Shown here one piece after another: positions 33,677 to 42,834 of a DNA stretch of 64,000 nt. The DNA comes from Candidatus Eiseniibacteriota bacterium (GTDB lineage Bacteria; Eisenbacteria; RBG-16-71-46; CAIMUX01; VGJL01). The position numbers and the translations under genes were made by a program. How positions within the stretch are numbered: the stretch's first letter is position 1; each line of letters opens with the position of its first letter. The DNA lies in assembly GCA_041946735.1 (NCBI GenBank), contig JBHGAY010000014.1, positions 1 through 64,000 of the forward strand, given 5' to 3'. The notes beneath the pieces were generated by a model, which had not been told where the DNA came from, made no database searches, and saw only the letters and a program-made list of their open reading frames with translations.

Positions 33677-35980
33677 TCAGGGCCGGATCGAGTTCGCCGG
33701 CGCCTCGCGGCCGGCCAGCACCGCGTCGAGGTGCTCCAGATACCCCTCGATCTTCGGATCGGCGGGATGGGAGGCGGCGACGGCCCGGGCGGCGAGCTCG
33801 CGCGCCGCCCGGATCTCCTCCTGCGCAGCGGCCCTCTCCAGCGGAGGCGAGGCCTCCGCGACGCGCGCTTCGCGAGCCGCCGCGAGGGCGTGGAGCACCG
33901 GCGCCTCTCCGCTGGACCGTGACGCGGCGGCGTCGAGGAGCCGGATCGCGACGTCCCAGCGGCGGAGGTAGGCTGCGGCGATCCCGGCGTAGTAGAGCGT
34001 CTGAACGTCCGTCTGACGCTTGCCCGCCTGCTGGAAGGCGGTGAGCGCCTCTTCGTACAGCCCGCTCTCGAGCGCGGCATAGCCGTAGCTGCTCCAGATT
34101 CCCGGATCGTCGGGGGTCATCGGAGCGGCGCGGCGCAGCAGCGGCAGCGCGCCGGCGTAGTCCTTCCGGTCGAACGCGAGGCGCGCCTTCATCTGCATCG
34201 CGAGCCAGCTGTCCGGATCGATGTCGAGCGCCGCGTCGTACTCGCGCTCCGCGTCGTCCCGGCGGCCCATCAGGTACAGCAGCCCGCCGAGCAGGACGCG
34301 GGTGCGCGCGTTGCGCGGATTGATCCGGACCGTCTCTTCGTAGAGCGGCAACGCCTTCTGGTAGTCGCCGCGATCCCGGTAGTACTTGCCCAGCTCCTCG
34401 GCGGCGTACGCGCGCGGCGCCGGGGCAAAGTCCGCTCGCATCTCGTCGAAGCGCGCCAGCGACGCGTCGCGCGACGCGTTGACGGCGAACCACGGCCATG
34501 CGAGCAGCAGCGCGACCGAAACCGCAGCGACGCGAAGGCTGGGCAGCGCGATCCGCGGCGCGCGCGCCGGCCCCACCGGCGCCCGCCCGGCCGGCGCCGG
34601 CTGCGTCGCCACCTCCTCCTCCCACAGGCGGGCCGCGATCCAGGCGAGGCCCACCGCGTGCGGGACGAGGAGGTCCCAGTCGCGCGCCATCCCGAGCTTG
34701 CGGTCGAGCAGCGCGAACGCGAGCAGGAACGCCACCGTGTGGATCCACAGGAACGGGAGGTCCGCGCGGGCCTCCCGAGGAGTGGCCCTCCGGCCGCGCG
34801 CCATCCGCGGAAGAATCCCGAGGACGATCAGGCTCCCCGTCACCGGCGTGACGAGCAGCAGCCAGTTCGCGAGGTCCTTCACGTGAAGGAGCGAGAGGAA
34901 TCCGTGAGGTCCGGTGAGCGGCACGAGGAGCTTTTGCTGGTTGCTCGACTTCAGGAACTCGGTCTCGAACCAGGCGCCGTCATAGCCGGCCGCGAGGTGC
35001 GCGGCGACCGCCACCAGCGGAACGGCGACCGCCGGGACGATCACCTGCGCAAGCCACTTGCCCCGCGGCGCGCGCTCCGGGCCCGGACGCAGCGCAAGCC
35101 ACAGGAGCGCCGGCGCCGCGACCAACGCGATCGTGTGGAAGAAGAGCGCCAGCCCGAAGAACAGCCCCGGCAGCCACGCGGGCGCCCGCCCCCGCTGCGC
35201 CATCGCCCCGCTCCAGAGGAAGCCGAGCAGAGCCACCGTCACGAAGCCGTAGGACTCGACGTAGCCGCAGAAGAGAAGCGTCGAGGGCGCGGCGAGCCAG
35301 ATCGCGAACAGGACGGTCCGCGTGGCGGCCGGCATCGGGCTGCCGCGCAGCAGACGCAGGGCGAGGAAGATCGCGAGGAGCCCCGCGAGCCAGCTTCCGA
35401 TCGCGTAGAGCCGGAAGGAGAGCGCCGGATCGTTCCCGTCCGCGACCGCCCCATAGACGAGCCGGTGGAGCAGGTAGTCCATCGCGTCGTGACCCCGGAA
35501 CTCCGCTCCCCTCGCAACCAGTTCGCCGACGAGGACTCCATCCCCGAGCAGATGCGTCGCCGCCCGTAGCAGGACGAACAGACCGAGACCGGCAAGCGGC
35601 GCCACGACGAGCGGGAGAGGCGAGCGGCCGAAGAGCCAGGACGAGAGGCTGCGCCTCTCTCCGAACAGGACGGCGTCGAGCCGGGAGGCGACCGGCGCGA
35701 GGAGCAGGGTCCCCCAGGCCAGGATCGAGATCGCCCACGCCCATGCCGGCAGATAGCCGGTCAGGTGAACTCCCCAGGCGAGGGTGGGAGAGAGGAATCG
35801 GCCGAGAATCGGTAGCAGCCCCAAGCCGAGCAGGACGAAGACGGCGGTTTGCGCTCGGCGCTGCGCGAGCGCCTCCGCTTCGCCGCGCAGCCCGCTGGCG
35901 TCGTCGGGCGGGCGGTCTGCCGTCGCGGGCGCGCCGCCCCTCCCCTGTCGTCCCGCCATCGCCGTCCTCCCCCGGTCCAT
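33677..35980 (-). CDS. Multi-pass membrane protein with C-terminal TPR repeats (GT-C/TMTC-like)
   Basis: LLGDG, GYVESY, LFFH and RDWDL motifs, about 10 TM helices, then several TPR repeats. Confidence 0.75.
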   Translation of the reverse strand: MDRGRTAMAGRQGRGGAPATADRPPDDASGLRGEAEALAQRRAQTAVFVLLGLGLLPILGRFLSPTLAWGVHLTGYLPAWAWAISILAWGTLLLAPVASRLDAVLFGERRSLSSWLFGRSPLPLVVAPLAGLGLFVLLRAATHLLGDGVLVGELVARGAEFRGHDAMDYLLHRLVYGAVADGNDPALSFRLYAIGSWLAGLLAIFLALRLLRGSPMPAATRTVLFAIWLAAPSTLLFCGYVESYGFVTVALLGFLWSGAMAQRGRAPAWLPGLFFGLALFFHTIALVAAPALLWLALRPGPERAPRGKWLAQVIVPAVAVPLVAVAAHLAAGYDGAWFETEFLKSSNQQKLLVPLTGPHGFLSLLHVKDLANWLLLVTPVTGSLIVLGILPRMARGRRATPREARADLPFLWIHTVAFLLAFALLDRKLGMARDWDLLVPHAVGLAWIAARLWEEEVATQPAPAGRAPVGPARAPRIALPSLRVAAVSVALLLAWPWFAVNASRDASLARFDEMRADFAPAPRAYAAEELGKYYRDRGDYQKALPLYEETVRINPRNARTRVLLGGLLYLMGRRDDAEREYDAALDIDPDSWLAMQMKARLAFDRKDYAGALPLLRRAAPMTPDDPGIWSSYGYAALESGLYEEALTAFQQAGKRQTDVQTLYYAGIAAAYLRRWDVAIRLLDAAASRSSGEAPVLHALAAAREARVAEASPPLERAAAQEEIRAARELAARAVAASHPADPKIEGYLEHLDAVLAGREAPANSIRP

Positions 35981-36079
35981 CCCTCAGCGCCCGTCCGCAC
36001 CCCGGGCAGCCGCCTCCGCCTCGCTCCCCGCCCTCTGCAGCAGCTCGAGACGAGCCGGCCGGCTCAGATCATCGGCGCT

Positions 36080-36679
36080 TCAGACCGATCCGGGGAAGAT
36101 CCACTTCGCGCGCTCGACGAGCGCTCGCTCGAACCACCGGATGTACTGGCGCTCCCCCTCCTCGCGGCGCCGGATCGCCTCCCGCGCCGTCCGGTAGAAG
36201 GCCCAGGGGCTCTCGGGGCGCAATCCGCCCCGCGGCGTGAGATACGCCTCCGGAATTCGCAGATAGACCGGGGCCGCGTCGACCAGCACCTGATCGCGAG
36301 CCAGCGAGAAGAGGTCGCAGCTTCGCTCCCCCATCGGGACCAGGCCGCGCGCCTGCAGCAGATGCACGAGTTCGTGGGAGATCGTCTGGTAGCAGAGCCC
36401 CCGAGGATTCAGCCAGATCCTCGGCTCCTCCAGGCTCGCGTAGCCGTCGGCCCCGCGGGCGATGCCGATGCGCAGTCCTGTCTCGTGCAGCTCGGGGAAG
36501 AAACGCAGCGCGAAATCGACCATTCGGACGATGCGCCGCCTCGACCGATGGGCCTGCAAGGGGCGCGAGAGGGTATGCGCATTCGTCGACGACCGCGGAT
36601 GGTCCCAGACGAGCGCGAGATCGAGCTGGCTCGGCGGAGGAGGCCCGATCCTCTGTGCTGCGTTACGCTTGGCTCGCAT
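36080..36679 (-). CDS. Hypothetical HEXXH (zincin-like) protein
   Basis: TISHELVHLLQ followed by GERSCDLF. Confidence 0.6.
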   Translation of the reverse strand: MRAKRNAAQRIGPPPPSQLDLALVWDHPRSSTNAHTLSRPLQAHRSRRRIVRMVDFALRFFPELHETGLRIGIARGADGYASLEEPRIWLNPRGLCYQTISHELVHLLQARGLVPMGERSCDLFSLARDQVLVDAAPVYLRIPEAYLTPRGGLRPESPWAFYRTAREAIRRREEGERQYIRWFERALVERAKWIFPGSV

Positions 36680-36878
36680 GCGGACAGTGTACCCGATGGC
36701 TGGCTCCCCTCGCGCGGGGGTCGGCTCCCCGCCCTCCGTGACCGTTCCTTCACCGGATCTGCCTCGGCAAGCCAAAGCCGGACCAGGAACCAGGCTGTGC
36801 GTCCCGGAATCATAAGAAGACTGGTAGGTTGGCACCGGATGGCATAAGTTTTCCGAGGAGTTGGGAAGGGGGGTGGGG

Positions 36879-38774
36879 ATGGCGATCGGTCGACCGAAGA
36901 CAGCGGAAGCTCCGCAGCAAGTGCGAACTCCCGAAGAGATCGAACGGGAGTGGTTCGACAAGGTCTATACGGGTGCCGGCGATTCCATGGCGCAGCTCAC
37001 GCTGCGCGCGGTCCTGATGGGATCGGTCCTCGGCGGCGTTCTCTCGCTCACGAACCTCTACATCGGGCTGAAGGCGGGCTGGGGCTTCGGCGTCGCGATC
37101 ACCGCCTGCATCCTCTCCTACGCGATCTGGACGACCCTTCACAAGGCGCGCATCGTCCGCACGCCGATGACGATCCTCGAGAACAACTGCATGCAGTCGA
37201 CGGCCAGCTCCGCCGGCTACTCGACCGGCGGGACGCTCGTGTCGGCGTTCGCCGCCTTCATCCTCCTCAACAACCGGACGATGCCGGTCGGCTTGATGAT
37301 GGGGTGGGTCTTCTTCCTGGCGATCCTCGGCGTGACGATGGCCATCCCGATGAAGCGGCAGATGATCAACATCGAGCAGCTTCGCTTCCCTAGCGGGATC
37401 GCGGCGGCGGAGACGCTGCGCGCGCTGCACTCGACCGGATCGTCCGGGATGCGCTCGGCCCGCGCGCTTGCCTGGGCAGGCCTGTTCGGTCTCGTCAGCA
37501 AGTTCTGGACGGAGGGACTCGTTCGCATCCACGCGTCGCTCGAGCCGCTCCAGATCGGCACCTGGGTCGGCGCGATGAACGACAAGCTCTTCGGTCCGCG
37601 CTGGACCGGCCGAACCGTGATGTTCTCCTGGGAGCCGATGTTCATCGCCGCCGGGGCGATCACCGGGATGCGGGTCTGTGCGAGCATGCTTCTCGGTGGC
37701 GTCCTCTGCTGGATGGTCTTCATCCCGATCCTGCAGGGGCAGGGGATCGTGACCGGGAGCGGCTATCGCGACCTGGTCCAGTGGTCGCTCTGGGGAGGGA
37801 CCGCCTGCATGGTCACCTCCGGCATCCTCTCCTTCGCCCTGCAGTGGAGGAGCGCGGTCCGCGCCTTCAGCTCCATCGGAAGGATGTTCGCCGGCGGCTC
37901 CCGCAAGAGCGCCGCCGATCCGATGGAAGCAATCGAGACCCCCGGGTCCTGGTTCGTGATCGGGCAGCTCGTCGGCTTCGCGGGGTTGGCGTGGCTCGGC
38001 CACGTCACCTTCGGCATGCCGATCTGGGAGACGGCGCTCGCGGTCCTGCTCTCCTTCGCGCTCGCTCTCGTCGCCTGCCGCGTGACCGGGGAGACGGACA
38101 CGACGCCGGTCGGCGCGATGGGAAAGATCACGCAGCTGACCTTCGGCGCCGTGCATCCCGGCAACGTGAACGTCAACCTGATGAGCGCGAACATCACCGC
38201 GGCGTGCGCCGGCGGCTCCGCGGACCTGCTCACCGACCTGAAGAGCGGGTACCTGCTCGGGGCCAACCCCCGTAAGCAGTTCCTCGCGCAGTTCGCGGGG
38301 ATCTTCATCGGGACGCTGATCCCGGTGCTCGTCTTCAACATCCTCGTCCCGAACTCGAGCGTGCTCGGCGGCGATCAGTTCCCGGCGCCTGCGGCCCAGA
38401 CCTGGAGAGCGGTCGCCGAAGCGTTGAGCAAGGGGCTGCGGGCGCTCGGTCCGGTCAAGACATGGTCGATCGTGATCGGAGGGCTGGTCGGAATCGCCCT
38501 CCCGCTGCTCTCGCGCGCCTTCCCGTCCAAGGCGAAGTACATCCCGTCGGCGGCCGGGGTCGGTCTTGCCTGGACCTTCCACTGGTACTACAGCCTTCTC
38601 TTCTTCCTCGGCGCCGTCATCGGCTGGGCGTTCGAGAAGAAGTATCCGAAGGAGTCGGCCGAGTTCACCTTCCCCGTCGCTTCGGGGGTGATCGCCGGGG
38701 AGAGCCTCATGGGGGTCGCTCTGGTGATCTGGCAGAACGGGCCGGAGATGATCCGCAAGATCCTCGGCTTCTGA
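36879..38774 (+). CDS. OPT family oligopeptide transporter
   Basis: QLTLRAV, NLYIGLKAG, ENNCMQS, FPSGIAAAE, DLKSGYLLGANPRKQ and SGVIAGES. Confidence 0.95.
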   Translation: MAIGRPKTAEAPQQVRTPEEIEREWFDKVYTGAGDSMAQLTLRAVLMGSVLGGVLSLTNLYIGLKAGWGFGVAITACILSYAIWTTLHKARIVRTPMTILENNCMQSTASSAGYSTGGTLVSAFAAFILLNNRTMPVGLMMGWVFFLAILGVTMAIPMKRQMINIEQLRFPSGIAAAETLRALHSTGSSGMRSARALAWAGLFGLVSKFWTEGLVRIHASLEPLQIGTWVGAMNDKLFGPRWTGRTVMFSWEPMFIAAGAITGMRVCASMLLGGVLCWMVFIPILQGQGIVTGSGYRDLVQWSLWGGTACMVTSGILSFALQWRSAVRAFSSIGRMFAGGSRKSAADPMEAIETPGSWFVIGQLVGFAGLAWLGHVTFGMPIWETALAVLLSFALALVACRVTGETDTTPVGAMGKITQLTFGAVHPGNVNVNLMSANITAACAGGSADLLTDLKSGYLLGANPRKQFLAQFAGIFIGTLIPVLVFNILVPNSSVLGGDQFPAPAAQTWRAVAEALSKGLRALGPVKTWSIVIGGLVGIALPLLSRAFPSKAKYIPSAAGVGLAWTFHWYYSLLFFLGAVIGWAFEKKYPKESAEFTFPVASGVIAGESLMGVALVIWQNGPEMIRKILGF

Positions 38775-38990
38775 CGCAGCTCGTCGTTCCGGCGACGGCC
38801 GGATGGTCAGGACGGTCAGGACGGCCGGCGCGGTCGGCCCGCGTGAAGGATCGAGCGGAATCTGCGTCTCGCCTGCAGCTTCTTCTTGCGCCGGCGCGAT
38901 CCGGGATCGAGGATCGCGCCGGTCCGCTTCGGGACCGGCATTCCAATGGGTGGAATCGACGGCCTGGCAAGGCCTGGGAGGTGAGGAGCG

Positions 38991-39086
38991 ATGGTTTGCG
39001 GAAAGAAGACGGCGACGGCGGCAGCGAAGAAGGCGACGAAGACCACGAAGAAGGCGGCTCCGAAGAAGGCCGCGAAGAAGAAGTAG
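38991..39086 (+). CDS. 31-aa Lys/Ala-rich histone-H1-like small basic protein
   Basis: MVCGKKTATAAAKKATKTTKKAAPKKAAKKK*, with a strong GGAGGTGAGGAG RBS and a GC hairpin after the stop. Absent from the ORF track. Confidence 0.75.
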   Translation: MVCGKKTATAAAKKATKTTKKAAPKKAAKKK

Positions 39087-39210
39087 CCGCGCCGGGAGCG
39101 GGGCGCGGGTCCGCTGGCCGCGCCCCGGCCCTTCGCCCCATGCGTCTCCCCTCCTGCCTTGCCCCCCCGAACCCGCCTGGGGTATCCTCCGTTCGTCCCG
39201 AGAAGAAACG

Positions 39211-40248
39211 ATGATCAGCACCCACCCACCGATCCTGCGGATTTCCCGGATCCATCAGCTCGTGCAGGCCCGGCGCTATCCGAACGTGACGTACCTGGCG
39301 CGGCAGCTCGAGGTGTCCCGGCGTACGGTGCAGCGCGACATCGAGTTCCTGCGGGACCAGCTGAAGGCCCCGATCGCCTTCAATCCGATCCAGAACGGCT
39401 TCGAGTACACAGAGGAAGGGTTCTCCCTTCCGGAGGTCCAGATGACGGAGGGAGAGGTGCTGGCCCTGATGGTCGCCGACAAGGCTCTGTCGGCGTATCA
39501 GGGAACAGCCTGCGAGGACCTGCTGCGGCAGCTTCTCGGCAAGGCGACGCTGGCCCTCGGGGAGAAGCTCACCATTTCTCCGGAAGAGGTCTCCCAGGCC
39601 TACTCCTTCCAGCACAGCTCGGCCCCCTCCCGCGTCGACGCGAAGGTCTTCGCGACGCTCGAGGCCGCGATCCGCGATCGCGAGACGGTGGAGATCGTCT
39701 ACTACACGCAGAGCCGCAGGCAGACATCCAAGCGCAGGATCGACCCCTATCATCTGGCCAACGTCGACGGGGATTGGTATCTCCTCGCGTTCTGCCACCT
39801 CCATCAGGAAGTCCGGACGTTCAAGCCGGCGCGCGTTCGCGCCGCCGAAAAGACCGGACTCTACTTCGTCCCCTCCCCCTTCGATCCGGCCGAGTTCCTG
39901 CGAACGAAGCTCCAGGCGATCGGCGGGGACAGGATCTTCGAGACGGTCGTCCGCTTCGAGCCGGCGCTCGCGGGTCACATCCTCGAACGGGACTGGGGCG
40001 AAGGGTATCGCGCACAGACGACGACCAACGGCGGCGTCGAGCTCTCGTTCCGCAGCGAAAACGCCGACGCGGTCATTCGCTGGTGCTTGAGCTGGGGTCC
40101 GGGAGCGGAAGTCGTCTCCCCCGCCTGGGTGCGACGGCGCGCCCGTGAGATCCTCCGCCGCATCGGCCGCGCTTACGAGAGCGCGGCGCGACCGGTCCGC
40201 TCGGCCGCCAGGAGGCGGCGCCCCCCGTCCCGCCCTCCATCCGCATAG
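39211..40248 (+). CDS. WYL-domain transcriptional regulator (HTH-WYL-WCX, PafB/C-like)
   Basis: LARQLEVSRRTVQRDI HTH, RRIDPYHL...WYLLAFCH...RTFKPARV and WCLSWG...EVVSP. Confidence 0.93.
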   Translation: MISTHPPILRISRIHQLVQARRYPNVTYLARQLEVSRRTVQRDIEFLRDQLKAPIAFNPIQNGFEYTEEGFSLPEVQMTEGEVLALMVADKALSAYQGTACEDLLRQLLGKATLALGEKLTISPEEVSQAYSFQHSSAPSRVDAKVFATLEAAIRDRETVEIVYYTQSRRQTSKRRIDPYHLANVDGDWYLLAFCHLHQEVRTFKPARVRAAEKTGLYFVPSPFDPAEFLRTKLQAIGGDRIFETVVRFEPALAGHILERDWGEGYRAQTTTNGGVELSFRSENADAVIRWCLSWGPGAEVVSPAWVRRRAREILRRIGRAYESAARPVRSAARRRRPPSRPPSA

Positions 40249-40409
40249 CCGCAAGCGCGAATCCCCCGGTACGAACGCGGCGCCGCGCGACCACATGAGC
40301 GAACGGCGGCGGCGCGCGTCTTGAAGAGAACGCCAACGATCTTGTCGAGGATGGACGTGGGGTGCGGATCGACTCCGGCCGAAACGACCGTCTGGAAGGA
40401 GAAGGAGAG

Positions 40410-40967
40410 ATGATCAACGCGACACAGCTGAGAGTCGGCAACGTCGTCAACTACAACGGCGAGCCGCACCGCATCACGAAGCTGCTGCACATCACGCCGG
40501 GGAACTGGCGCGGCATGGTGCAGGCGCAGATGGTGAACCTGCGCAACGGCAACCGCTACGAGTACCGATACCGCTCCGACGAGAAGGTCGAGGTGCTCTC
40601 GCTCGAGGCGCACCCCCTGAAGTTCCTCTACCGCCAGGGGGACGATTTCCACTTCATGAACAACGAGACCTACGAGCTGATGAGTCTCGACGCCGAGACG
40701 CTGGGAGACACGGTGAACTACATCGTCGAGGACAGCGAGGTGGAGGCTCTCTACTACGAGGGGCGCCCGGTGTCGATCGAGATCCCGAACTTCATCGTCC
40801 TGAAGGTCACCGAGACCGAGCCGTCCCTGAAGGGAGCGACGGTGAGCGCTTCGCCGAAGCGCGCCGTGCTCGAGACGGGGCTCGAGGTGAAGGTCCCGCA
40901 GTTCATCGACGAGGGGGACCGGGTGCGGATCGACACGCGCGACGCGACGTTCGTGGAGCGCGTCTAG
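40410..40967 (+). CDS. efp: Translation elongation factor P
   Basis: FLYRQGDDFHFMNNETYE, TEPSLKGAT...KRAVLETG...VPQFI and RIDTR. The loop reads HITPGNWRG. Confidence 0.96.
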   Translation: MINATQLRVGNVVNYNGEPHRITKLLHITPGNWRGMVQAQMVNLRNGNRYEYRYRSDEKVEVLSLEAHPLKFLYRQGDDFHFMNNETYELMSLDAETLGDTVNYIVEDSEVEALYYEGRPVSIEIPNFIVLKVTETEPSLKGATVSASPKRAVLETGLEVKVPQFIDEGDRVRIDTRDATFVERV

Positions 40968-41264
40968 CCTCGACTGCCACGGTCGATGCGCCCATTGCCG
41001 GCGGCGGGAGCGCCAGTATCCCGCGCCGGCCCCCCGCGACCTGCACGACCTTCGGTGGCGCCACATTCGGGCGAGATTCCCCGCTCGGCGACCGCGCGCG
41101 CGGTCCTTTTCCCCACCCCTCGCAGAGCGCTGCCCGCTAAAGGACGTTTCGCGCTCCGTCGATCCCTCCGCTGACGCCCGTGAACCGGCGAACGGAAGCC
41201 TTTCCGCGACCTTTCGACGTCCGAAAGAAGCGGAGGCAGCGCCGTCCGATCCTCGGAGGGACCG

Positions 41265-42677
41265 ATGCTCACCACACGTCCTCTCGCTATCGTGTTTCTC
41301 GTCGTTCCGCTTCTTCTGGCTGCCTTCACCGTCCCGGCCGGCGCCGGCAAGAACGATCCCGGCGAGCCCGATTGGCATTTCGACCTCGGCTGGCTCCGGT
41401 CGACGAGTCCGGAGGAAGAGCCCAACAACACGTGCGCGACTTCGCAGTCGATGTCGTGCGAGGACATGGCCGATCCCTGCAGCGTGCAGCCGGCAGGGGA
41501 TCTCGACTGGTTCTCGTTCTACGCGGCGCGAGGCGCACTGGTGACCATCGGAACGGACGAGGTGCCCGGCCAGCCGCTCGTCGATACTTGGATCGAGCTC
41601 TACGCGCCCGATTGCGTCACGCTCGTCAGCTACGACGACGACCACGGTCCCGGCAACTACTCGCTGATCTACACCTACCTGGTCCCGCAAAGTGGCATCT
41701 ACCACCTCAAGGTGCGCTCCCACGTATCGGGAGGGACCGGCGGCTACCGCCTCTTCGTCACGTGCGCGCCCCTGCCTATCGGAGCTTGCTGCCTCGCGGA
41801 CGGCTCGTGCGTGGCGATCCAGCAAGTCGATTGCGTCGCGCAAGGGGGCGAGTACCAGGGCAGCGGAACCGGGTGCCAGCCCAACCCGTGCCCTCAGCCG
41901 GTGCAGGCCTGCTGCCTCTCCGACGGATCCTGCCTGCTGCTGACCGGACCGTCGTGCGCGGAGATCGGGGGGACGCCTCTCGCTCCCGAGAGCGTGTGCG
42001 ACCCGAACCCGTGTCAGCAGCCTTCGGCCGCATGCTGCTTCGCTGATGGAACGTGCCGGCTTCTCGCGCCGGAGACATGCACCCAGCAGGACGGCCAGCC
42101 TCTTCCCGAGGGAAGTCTCTGCGACCCGAATCCCTGCCCTCAGCCCCCCCAAGCCTGCTGCTTCCTGGACGGCGGCTGCTCCATGGAGGTCGCTGAGAAC
42201 TGCGCGACGTTGGGCGGCTCCCCACAAGGACCGGGAACGACGTGCGAGGCGAACGACTGCCCGCAGCCCGCCCGCTCCTGCTGCTTCCCGGACGGAAGCT
42301 GCCAGATGCTCGGAACGAACGAGTGTGTCGCCGCCGGCGGAGAACTGGCGGGCACGACCGAGTGCGATCCGAACCCCTGCCCTCAGGCGTGCTGCTACGA
42401 GGACGCCCTCTGTCTCTTCCTGGCCGAAGCGGGCTGTACGGCCGGGGGCGGGACGCCTATGGGACCGGGGACCCTCTGCGATCCGAATCCGTGCCCCGAG
42501 CCGGTCGTGGGCGCCTGCTGCTTCGCGGGCCAGGTGTGCGAGCCGCTCCCCGAGCCGGACTGCGCCGACCAGGGCGGCATCTACCAGGGGGACGAGACCG
42601 CTTGCGACCCAAATCCTTGTCCCCCAACGCCAACCGAGGGAACGACCTGGGGTCGGATCAAGGGGCTGTTCCGATGA
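41265..42677 (+). CDS. Secreted protein: PPC-like domain, 7 Cys-rich repeats, C-terminal TWGRIKGLFR
   Basis: Signal peptide, EEEPNN...DWFSF...DDDHGPGNYSLI, and ACCxxDGxC...CxPNPC repeats. Confidence 0.88.
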   Translation: MLTTRPLAIVFLVVPLLLAAFTVPAGAGKNDPGEPDWHFDLGWLRSTSPEEEPNNTCATSQSMSCEDMADPCSVQPAGDLDWFSFYAARGALVTIGTDEVPGQPLVDTWIELYAPDCVTLVSYDDDHGPGNYSLIYTYLVPQSGIYHLKVRSHVSGGTGGYRLFVTCAPLPIGACCLADGSCVAIQQVDCVAQGGEYQGSGTGCQPNPCPQPVQACCLSDGSCLLLTGPSCAEIGGTPLAPESVCDPNPCQQPSAACCFADGTCRLLAPETCTQQDGQPLPEGSLCDPNPCPQPPQACCFLDGGCSMEVAENCATLGGSPQGPGTTCEANDCPQPARSCCFPDGSCQMLGTNECVAAGGELAGTTECDPNPCPQACCYEDALCLFLAEAGCTAGGGTPMGPGTLCDPNPCPEPVVGACCFAGQVCEPLPEPDCADQGGIYQGDETACDPNPCPPTPTEGTTWGRIKGLFR

Positions 42678-42834
42678 CATCGGCAGCCAGGCGGCCAAGA
42701 AAAAACCACCTGGGTGGGCGATTTCACTTCGTTCATCCAAGGCAGTCTTCTAGAATTGTCATCGCCGATCCAGGCCGCCCAATGACCGGGCTCGCTCGCG
42801 CAAGAAGACACCTTGGATCTCACCAGGAGGAAGC

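Noticed and set aside
39211..40248. WYL protein as a marker of a defence island
   Set aside because: Its neighbours are OPT, efp and secreted proteins, with no recognisable defence genes.
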